Origin: Klebsormidium nitens
Lineage: Eukaryota > Plantae > Klebsormidiophyceae
Reading direction: 5' to 3'
Length of the DNA: 32,505 nucleotides
NCBI GenBank assembly: GCA_000708835.1
Contig: DF237741.1
Location: 1-32,505, forward strand
Part shown: one piece after another, positions 1 through 9,244 of the stretch
How the letters are laid out: each line of letters opens with the position of its first letter
Position numbering within the stretch: the first letter of the stretch is position 1
The notes under the pieces: generated by a model
What the model was told of the DNA's origin: nothing
Databases searched by the model: none
The model's input: the letters and a program-made list of their open reading frames with translations, nothing else
Made by a program: the position numbers and the translations under genes

Positions 1-1254
1 GTGGATTATGCGGCCAATCGTATTGCTCTCTCTTGTCCACTACCTTTGACAAGACCAGCCACGCAAGCTGTGCAGAACACAGATAAGCTTGGCTGCATCG
101 AACGGCGAAGCCGAACGCAACTTATCCTGAACGGTGACATCGGCTCACTGAGGCCGATCCATCCGGGATATTACGCCGTCTTGCAGACAGCTGCGCAGTG
201 CGTCGTTAAGACGTAACCACCGCCGTTTCGCTAAGTCGCGGTCAACAAAATCCTGTCGAAAACGAGGTTAGACTTAACCAGTCGTAATCGTTACACCCGG
301 GATGCGAAATCGGGTTAATCGCTGCGCCGAACATCCGCATTTGGGTTTGCATTTGCATTCTATCCTCACGTGCTCTGTTCTGTCTTTCGAGCTCAACGAT
401 GCGCATTTCTATGTCTGACTGGCGTTGCCCCAGCTGTCCGACAGGGAGAACTGGGACGGCAGGTTGAATCAGTTGGAAGTGTGCGAATCCTGGGGGCTGG
501 AAAGGTGTTGGTGCCGGCATCGCTTCCGGCGGGTTCCTAATGTATGGTTGTCCGAACCCCTGGGGCGCGAACTGCGGTTGACCCAGCCCCGGTTGAGGAA
601 AAGGGGGTGGAATTGGGTTCTGTCCAAACCGGGGCGCTGGGTTAGGTGCTGGTTGATGCACATAAAGTGTGAACTGTCTGCCGCCTTGCCAACCGAGAGT
701 CCTGACTCTGCCTTCCTGGAAGAAAAGCGGTGACCTCCTGCGCCCGCCTTCGTCGAACGCTCTCTCCTAGTCGTCACCGAGGGAACCCACTGGCGTTCTA
801 AACCCTAACCCTCCTTCTTCTCCTTGCGCCCCTTCTCCCCTTCTCTCCGCTGGTGTTCTCTCCCGTTCTCCTGCGCGAGGATTTTCCTGGCCTTCTAAAC
901 CACCGCCTTCTTCTTCCCTGCGCACTCGTCCCGACTTCTGCATAAAAGGCTCGTCCTGCATCCCGTTGCTTCGTAGCAATTCTATCAGGGGATCCCCTTC
1001 CCTGCGGGAGCCCGTTCCGATCGAAAGCTCTCCGGCCGGCACGTCGTCGAACTTCGTACCCGGGCCGATTCTAACGCCTGCAGCTCAAATCTCCCCGTTG
1101 CTGGCGAGACCCCCAAAACTTTAACGAACACTTTGCCTAATTCTCCCGGCGGCTTACATTTGAACCTGAAACCCACGAACTTTCTTGATCCCACAATCGT
1201 GCACAGGTTCTCTACTAACCTCTTCTCCTCCTCTAATCTTCTGAACCTCTGCAT
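1..1254 (-). pseudogene. Disrupted ORF2 of the decayed element (at least ~415 codons; Gly/Glu-rich then Pro/Gln-rich linker, coiled coil, helical C-terminal part; gag-like architecture)
   Basis: ATG at 1254-1252. A frameshift near 1080 leads into the frame shared by ORFs 767-1042 and 242-661, which are separated only by one TAG (767-769). Removing one base from the A4 run at 259-262 continues as SFRQDFVDRDLAKRRWLRLNDALRSCLQDG.. to the window edge, with stops at 145-147 and 40-42. Confidence 0.55.
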
Positions 1255-2280
1255 TATTGGCTTGAAGTGGGCGACTCAGGTGGCGTAGCGTACTCCGGAG
1301 ACTGTTCTCTGACAGGCAGCTCTTGGCTGGACGCGCTCTCAGCAGGTGCTCCGAACGTGACAGCTCTCATGCGAGACGTGACCAAAGAGTTCCCCAGACT
1401 CTTGAGTTGCTTGGTCGAGAAGCCAGAACTTTCCGCAAGCGCCCTCCAGTTGACTACCGCATCAGTGCTTCTCTTCTGCAACGTCCTGATCAGATCTCTG
1501 TCTTCCGCGGTAAGCCTGATTGCACCAGCCGGGAGCTTCTTGCAGAAAGTCGTATCCCGTCACCGCTAGCAGTTTCTCTCCGTTTGCTTCCGCTGCCCTC
1601 TGTCTCAGCCTGAGGTTTTCTGCTTCTATGAGCCTGGCCTTTTCTTCCGCTCTGGCTAGCCTTGCCTCTACCATTTCTGCTCTGTAGACTGCCTGCGTTC
1701 TCGCGAGCCTTTCTTTCAAGAGCTCCGAGACTCTTTTCACGTCCTCGCTCGAGATCAGGTCGTAGAGCTGCAGGAACCTTTCGAGTGACTCCAGGAACAA
1801 GTAGTCTTGGAAACCTGCAGCCTCTGCTTGTGCATCAAACTCCTTCACAGAATCAAGTAGTGCAGGTCCAAAGGACGCAAAGAACTCATAGCTGAAAGTC
1901 TTCCTGCCCACGTTGAGGAATATCTGCTTCGGAAGACACGTGCTGAATTCTTCTCCCCTTTCCAATGCAGTCTGATCTCTGCCATCAAATGCTAGGCATG
2001 TCACTGGCCTGGAACGCCGGCTTGTGGAGTGCCGTTGCGGGTGCCCTGTGTCCCCCTCCCACTGCGACCCACTCCCGTGAGCTCATGCACACTATCTACG
2101 CAATGCTGCCCAAAAAGGATCTGTTTCAGAGAGCAGCGCCAATGGCGCCTCGAAAGCTCTTCCGATCGCGCGATTCAAATGACTCAGGAGTCTTCTCTTT
2201 CGTGCTGCTGGGGTAGCTTTTATCTAAGCTTGCTTCGATCGAGCAGAGCCGTCGACTTCATCTGTCAAATCTTCGACCAA
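1254..2280 (-). pseudogene. Disrupted ORF1 of the decayed element: coiled-coil region followed by a possible helix-turn-helix/Myb-like segment
   Basis: One frame from ~2280 reads LVEDLTDEVDG..*..RKRRLLSHLNRAIGRAFEAPLALLSETDPFWAALRR*..*.. into ORF 1462-2004 (stops at 2224-2226, 2092-2094, 2083-2085). Removing one base from the CCC run at 1556-1558 joins it to DTTFCKKLPAGAIRLTAEDRDLIRTLQKRSTDAVVNWRALAESSGFSTKQLKSLGNSL...SPTSSQ*, ending at 1254. Confidence 0.55.
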
Positions 2281-2314
2281 TCAGCGCGTCTTCCTCTAAC
2301 GGCACCGGGAGGCT

Positions 2315-2448
2315 CCGGTACCTTGCCCCTCCGACTACTTTGTCACTGCCGGTACCTTTGCAGGGGCACGTGGTCTATATTGGATGCATTCGATTGCTCT
2401 ACGCGAATCTAAGGATCTGGAATCTGCATGCCAGTAGGTACCGGTACC
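2315..2448. promoter_or_regulatory. Three copies of CCGGTACC plus a G-box upstream of TRAP-alpha
   Basis: CCGGTACC at 2315-2322, 2349-2356, 2441-2448; CACGTG at 2367-2372. Regulatory function is inferred from position only. Confidence 0.3.
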
Positions 2449-2579
2449 GCAGTCCTCAGCCTCAGGCTCAGGTCTCAACGGATTGGGCCGCCGGCGCTAG
2501 GCAGTTCACTGCAGCCTTCAAGAATCAAGTTCAGGCTCAGCTTCACAGCTCGCCTTGCATTTCAGCCGACACCGCGACC

Positions 2580-5500
2580 ATGGCGTCTAGGAAGCAGTGG
2601 ACGTTCTGGGCGCTGCTGTTTGCCAGCTTGCTGCTCTCCAGCTGTGTGCTGCGTGGTAAGCATTTGTGACGGTCGAAGGGCAATGCTTCAGTGCTTTTTT
2701 TTTCTGGAATATGGCTGCGTCCAGTGATTTGTTCTGACAGCACTGATTGAGCCTTTCAATGAGCTGCTGCGCAATTTTTATCACAGCCTTTTCACCAGGG
2801 AGAAGCAAGTCAGCTTATATCATGCTGATTATAACCAGTATTAAGCCGCCAATAGAATCAGAGCAGTTGGTGAATGGCTTTATTCGTACCCTAGCCCAGA
2901 TCGAGCGTCTTGACAATCTGAGCCTCTTGAGCTTGAGAGGCTTGCGATCTTTCAATCAGCAAGCGGGTCACAATCGGGCTTGAGCAGGTGCACCAGTAAG
3001 CTGGGAGGCGGTTGATGATAGTTATGTGCAATCGTTGATGGAGCTGGTTGGTTCCCATGGGTCGTTGCTGGCCGCTTGAAGAATCTGATTTTCGGATTTG
3101 CTTGCATCGATTGGTACCTTCTGCTCAATTGGTATGACCGTTATGAGGAGATATGACTACCACTCATTAGGCGGACGAGCGCAACTGATCGTCTAAGCTG
3201 TACCGCAGTAGGTTGCAGCAAGCGTCCACCCCTTTGCCTCCTGGTTACTTGCAATTCAATCGTCATTGATTGCTGATGTGCTTTGTTGAGTATCATGCGA
3301 AGAGCTCTCCAGGTCCTCAAACATGAGCACTACCAGACGGGAGCAAGGCAAGCTCGTTAACACGGTCAATTACAACTACCACCAGCTGTAAGGCTTTGCA
3401 TCTTGATGCGCATTTGTCTGATTTCCATTCGTTCTCGTTTCCAGCCGCAGCTGCTGTTGACGACGATGATGTCTATGAGGACGATGAAGAGGAGGTCGAC
3501 CTGCCTCCCATGGAGGAGGAGGTCACAGCCCCACCCGAGAGAGTGCAACCACAGACAATAACAATGTACCCTGAGGGCCTGCCAGGGGTGGAAACTGTGT
3601 TCGTCTTTCCAAACAACGTCCAGCGCCGTAAGTGGTTCATTTCAACTTAGGTGCGTCTGTCACAGGAGCGGATTTGATAGTGTCTGCAGACACAAATCCT
3701 GTGTATTTGGAAGGTTGCAATCACAGCTGTTTAACGCCAGCTTTTCGGAGTTATACAGTATGCTTCTGGCTGCTGAAGCGCACTTGGAATGATTCCGTGG
3801 TGCATTTCTGTGCCTTGCTGCTGAGCACTGGATTGGTCATCTGTGCAGAGGTACCAGCGGGAGCGCCGGTGGATCTGCTTGTGGGTTTGGCAAACAACGG
3901 TGAGCAGATGCCTAGCTGCCGCATTGGCCTGCTGCGTCTCACCTTGCAAGAATGCGTCTCTCCTGAGAGCACTCTCCTGACTTGCCTACTTTTCTGACGC
4001 AAGCCGCGCTTGCGCTGTGCAGGGGACTCTAGCATCACTGTGAAGATGATTGCCGGCTACCTCTCGTATTCACGTGACTACAGCCAGGTCATCCAGAACT
4101 TCACGCAATTCGTAAGCCCATTACTACATTTATCCCCCTCAACATGTGTCATGGCTGGCTTCTTCGGCGTCGGCTTGCCTGTAGGTGTTTGCCCATGTCT
4201 TGCTGCCTCTTTGATGCCACACTCTTCTTTCAAGACTTCTTCCCAGAAGACTTCATGTTCAGTAGTTCTGCTTCTTCGGTGTTTCCAACCAGTGGACAGG
4301 CACTGCAGGAACATTGTTTGGGATCGTTGCCAATCATTGTATGCTAACTTACCTCCGCTCTTGACATTCAGGACCTGCTTGTAAAGCTGTCTGTATGGCC
4401 AACCAGCCCTGACATCAGTGCTGTGCCTGTGTGCAGCCCTTTGACACCACTGTGGAGCCTGGGGAGCAGCACTCATTTGCCTACACTTTTGCCACGCACA
4501 AGCTCCTGCAGGCAAGTACAAAACCAGCTAAAGCAAACGCATACGGTTCTCCTGCTCGGTTGGGACCTTTGCACGTCGAACTATCAGCAGCCAATATCTA
4601 GCTCTTTTCCTTCCAAGATTTAGAAAGAAGAGAAACAGATTGCGAAGACAGCTATTGGTCCTTCGTCCAGCTAATCCACACAGTGAACAGTCTTTGGGCA
4701 CCAACTCCCAAACTCTGATGATTCTATCCGGCGTGCTTGTATGTGATTCTTAGTGTTGCAACACTGCCTCGATTCGCCCAAGTGCTAAGCCATATGGCCT
4801 TCTTCAGTCCTCACTGTTGTCGGATGGTTAAATTGCATTCCATAGATCGGGTACGCGAAGGGCTGGGGTGTTACTCTTGGCTCAAGTGTGAACTCTCTGT
4901 ATGTGCAGCCCCACGAGTTCGGGTTCACTGCGGCTGTCTACTACGAGGTAAGTCAACAGCCATCGATTGTTTTGCGTTCTTCCCCTATAGGTCACCGTGG
5001 TGATAGCTCTGGCCGCTTGGAAGAAATTGTTGTACTGTGGGTGCTTATAATGGTTTGGACTGTTTTTGACAGATTCTGAGCGGATCTCTCGATTGGTGCA
5101 CTGAGTACTTAACAGGTTGTCACTAGGTTCTGCTTATTGTCTGCATTACTCCGATCTTGTCGCGACACTCCTTTTGTCAACGTTATAAGAAATTGTTCGA
5201 AGTAGTCCGTTAGATACCAATAAACCTCCACTTTTTAGATTCGAGCAAACCAGGACAAGCATCTTCCCTGTGTATCTGCTCCTCGGGACATCAGATTTGT
5301 GGCCTTCCCCCTCCCCTCTCCGGTCCTCAGAATCACGTTGAAGCTACCACCGCTTTTTCAATTGCTCGTCTTCAACTTCGTCTGCTCATTTTGGTGCCTC
5401 CTGAGTCGAGTCGCACCATCACTCCCTCGTTGTTTTGGCCCCAACGCCTCCTCCAGCCGGATGCGGGGAGGAATCCTTACAGTCCCTCTTCGTCCCTTCG

Positions 5501-6446
5501 CTTGTTTGGTTCCTGCGCTCAATCCGGTAAGGCACACCAGACACTCAGCAGGGTTCCAATCACAGTTCAACGCCTCCGTGCTGATACAACATTCCACCCA
5601 CTTCTCCTTCAGAGCGACGGCGCTGTGCACAGCAACGTGTTCTACAACGGCACTGTTGAGGTGGTGGAGCCGAGCGGGATCTTATCCGGCGAGAACGCGT
5701 TCCTGGCACTGCTGGCACTGGCGCTGCTCAGCCTCCTGGGCTACTGGGCCTACAGCCAGGTCCAGAAATTGACCAAGGTCAGCACCCGGGCCGGGCCGCG
5801 ACTTCGTTCCTCATCACAAGAATAAAGTGGCCTTGGCGGTCTTGTGCACCTTGTTCAGGGCTGCTTTATGTGGCTTATGGTGAACCAAAAGATTCTGCTC
5901 TGACGAGGCCAGTGCATGCGTGTGTCCCTAAATGAATGGGCCCGTGATCGAATCTCAAAAAGGGCTCATATGATCTTGGACACTGTGCAGAAGAAGGGTG
6001 GTCGTAGAAAGGTCGTGGAGACTGGCACACGCTCTGATGCGAGCGACAACGAATGGCTCAAGGTACGTCTCCTCTTCCGACTTGGCCTTGCATGGTATGG
6101 TCGGAGCTGTATCCGGGTCCATGAGGATCTCGATCCTGAATCCTGTTCCAAGATGACTTTCGGATAAGAGCAGCTCAAGTGTAGGGGCGTTTTCATGGAA
6201 ACAATCCTCAAATACTTGCAACATCTCAAAGAATCATCCATCATTCGAAAACAATTGGCAGCTTCCTCGCATTTTCGTTGTTTGCGTCTCCACTGCTGCA
6301 AAATCGATACGATTAAGTAGCTTTGCCTAGGTCTGGTAGGCATTTCTGCACGAGCTGATTGCTGCGGTTTATGTTCACAGGGCACATCTGCGGATCCGAG
6401 GAGGAGATCAAGCGGAACCATCAAGGTCACGAAGAAGAAAGAGTAG
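2580..6446 (+). CDS. SSR1: Translocon-associated protein subunit alpha (TRAP-alpha), ~271 aa, 9 exons
   Basis: Exons 2580-2655, 3445-3627, 3849-3899, 4023-4111, 4437-4511, 4909-4947, 5613-5777, 5991-6062, 6381-6446, all phase-compatible. Signal peptide, acidic stretch (DDDDVYEDDEEE), QNFT and FYNGTVEVVE N-glycosylation motifs, TM helix (AFLALLALALLSLLGYWAYSQVQKLTK) and tail VETGT..DNEWLKGT match plant TRAP-alpha. Intron 5 is GC-AG. Confidence 0.95.
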
Positions 6447-7134
6447 CGCTTCTGGGAAGCTGGCACTCATCAAAGCACTCGTGCAGGGCATTGTGTACCG
6501 TAAGTTTTTTCAGGCCTAGGAACTCCCGAGTTTAGATGGACCCGCGGCGGCTCGTAGGGGAGAACACTGTGCTTTTGAGTGGATCAGATGATCATTTTAC
6601 GAATGCAGGTCAAGGTGCGTGATGGCCACCTTATCTCCGTATTCATGTTTTGAAATGAAGCATCATTGTCCACATCGATCGTGCAACCATTCATCATACG
6701 CATAGATCATGCAACCTAGGACCAAATAATGAGAATTGGTACAACTGCTTCTTGGACTGATTGATGACATAAATGGTTGGTTCGTGATTGTTCGTGCATA
6801 TGCAATGTGGATCCGCAAGTACAGGAACATAACCAATATCTGAGAAAACATGATACACGGGACATGGCGTAGCTTGTAAGCATGTTCTGCAAGCATGATG
6901 AACAATTGAACATTGCCTAACCGCTGATGCAATTTTGCGTCGGTAAGACTTGCATATCCAACATGGGTCCCATGCTCATATACAAGCAAGGTAAGAATGA
7001 TTAATACTTAGCAAGGAGCCCCGGAAGTTATAATTTGGCCCATACTTCTTCAAGGGGACAATGGTATCCTGTGACCTTGCCTCCAAATGATGATTGCAAA
7101 GCGAAAGCAAAGGCTGTGTACTATGCCTAAAATG

Positions 7135-8320
7135 CTACTTCTTCCCGCTTTTTTTTATGCCACCACTTGTCAAGGGGCCCTGTATAACACCAGAATATGG
7201 TTGTGAAATGACATGAAGCAGAACAAGAAGGAAGACAGCTGACTGTTCCAAACACCAGCCCTACGGGCAAAGCAAGCCAGAGGGGTTCAAGCATGCGGAT
7301 CTGCAGACGAGGCACGAAACAGCACTGTTTGCTCACCTTTCCAGCTGCTTTCTCTTTCAGGGCTTTCATGGCCTGCAAGTTACATAGTGGCACGAAAAAT
7401 ACTGAAACCAGGCATGTTAGAGTGCTGATGCCAATGGGTCTAACTTTTAGACGAAGACAAAGCATCAACTAGCCCTTATTGCTGGATTGCCTGGCCTCGT
7501 CAGAATAGAATTAAGCGTAGACATCGCACACCACCGAGGCCTTACATCAAACACCCCAGCACACTTCATGGTGCCCCAATTGCGCATGAACTTGACATTG
7601 ACCCACCTTCTCAAATCATAATCACGGGGCTTAGTGTGCGGCACATAAATTGAATATCAGCCATACTGAGTAGGACCTAAGAAAATTCTCTGTGTCCATG
7701 GGCATCGTGATCACAAGGAAGTAGTGCCTCGGGTTGTTATAAGAGGCTTCAACTCACCGCCTGCTCCTCCTTCTTCTTCTTCAGAAACTCGACGTCCATC
7801 TGCAAGCGGGAAAACTTCCCCTTATGCTCAGTCTTCCTCAATCAAACCCAAACCATGAATCCAGCCGACAGATGAGCGCCATACCCGAATTGGAGACACG
7901 CACTTTTCCCATCCAAGCAAAGTCCCGAAGAAGCCAACGAAGTTCCTTACATACCTCATCGTAATCCTTGTCTTTAGCTTTTGGCGCCTTCAGGGGTTTT
8001 GCCTTCCCTCCTGTATGCAAAGAATCACTGTCAACAAGTAGGGACTTTGCTGAAACCAATGACCCATCCCACCACTGCCCCGGTGTACCTAAGAACCAAC
8101 TTGGCGACAAAAGCATGACCCCTCCGAAACAATTTACCAGGGGGATGGTGGTGCTACCACATGGACCAATGTTCTCCTATTTTGCCCATCTAGAACTTCA
8201 AAGGTGACGGGTGTTGACCTCAATCTTTATGCGACAAAGTAATCGTATAAAAAGATAACTGCAAGAGTCAGCAGGTAGTCAGTGAACAACCTCAAAGCAC
8301 TTGCCTTGTCTTCCTGACAT
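7135..8320 (-). CDS. TMA7: Translation machinery-associated protein 7 (TMA7/CCDC72), 64 aa, 5 exons
   Basis: Exons 8305-8320, 7955-8010, 7758-7799, 7337-7372, 7135-7179 give [64 protein letters not shown], matching the family pattern GGKxKPLK...GPL..[9 protein letters not shown]. Intron 1 is GC-AG. Confidence 0.96.
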
Positions 8321-9244
8321 CTTCTATGGTTCTTTTGAACTTCCAACCTAAGATCCTCCTGACGTATCTTCAAAACGTAGCCTGTATGATAAAGTTCTGC
8401 GTGACTTTCCCAAGGCACCAACACGGCAACTTTAGCAAGAGGAGAGTGGCTGCCACAGCTTGCGGGTTATGCTGATTGTAAAACGGATCACGCACGAGCA
8501 ACTTAGGAGGCTAGAAGATTCAGAACCTATTGGCAATGGCTATTGAACTCGGTTTAAAGAGGCTTGCCAAAACTTTCACAAGGCGTCTTGAGAGCGTGTT
8601 GAGCAGCCAAAACTTTTGTGGCAATTGAATTTGATGCTGGCCCGTCTTTCGTGCGGGGGGATCACCAAGTCGCAGCAACGAAGTCTGCTGCACCACCCAT
8701 TATTTAGACCCTCTGTGAAAGGTTAGCCCAAGTCTCTTCTTAGCCGTCGATCAGTTAAGGGTGTCCAGTCAGAGCTTATCGGATGGTCCGATGAAGCAAG
8801 GATGAAGGCACCCCCTCAGAGCGTCATCCGAGGCTATCACTATTGGTCAGCCCATGAGCTGGCGGTAGGGCAGGATCGGAGTCCTAGCTGCACTGCCTGC
8901 AGCTGTAGGCTTAGCCATCTGATGGTACAACCTGCAGGGGCGCAGTATTCACGTCGCAGACCTTCAAGAGAAAAGTCCTCCAAGCTGGGCAGTTTGGTGG
9001 AGTTTTGCAGCTCTCAAGAATTCCTTTTTTCAAAAACAGCACTATTGCTTCTGCACACGGGCTGCCACTGTTACAAATTGCAGCTGTTGACAGCTCTGAT
9101 ACACGGATCCCCTCGTTTGGAAGCAGCCCATAGCGGGAAGTGCTCTAAACCACTGCCAACATCTCCATCGAGGGGACGCCTGCTGAAATCTTGTTAGTCA
9201 ATCCAAATTATCGTCCCCCCTTGTTTTTAAAGGTGGTAAGTGAA
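8321..9244. promoter_or_regulatory. Divergent (probably bidirectional) promoter region of TMA7 and TIM10 with three site II-like AGCCCA motifs
   Basis: Head-to-head ATGs at 8320 and 9245; AGCCCA (reverse complement TGGGCT) at 8725, 8849 and 9125. Confidence 0.4.

Larger units (their letters stand above)
1..2300 (-). mobile_element. Decayed intronless two-ORF element (putative retroelement gag region or virus-derived insert), truncated by the left window edge
   Basis: About 2.3 kb of protein-like minus-strand reading frames that join into two long ORFs after ignoring a few stops and single-base frameshifts. No introns are needed, unlike all neighbouring genes. The ORFs overlap at TAATG (1256-1252). 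No RT, integrase, recombinase or terminal repeat is visible, so the mobile-element label is an inference. Confidence 0.45.

Noticed and set aside
797-811. CTAAACCCTAACCCT, telomere-like or telo-box sequence
   Set aside because: About two degenerate units only, lying inside the ORF2 reading frame (GGLGFR); not an array and not in a promoter.
3013-3090. Possible box C/D snoRNA in TRAP-alpha intron 1 (TTGATGA ... CTGA)
   Set aside because: Imperfect C box, no terminal stem and no rRNA complementarity that I can recognise.
8905-8930. Alternative TMA7 first exon (MAKPTAA...)
   Set aside because: Poor donor and no family match; the exon at 8305-8320 gives the conserved MSGRQGGK.
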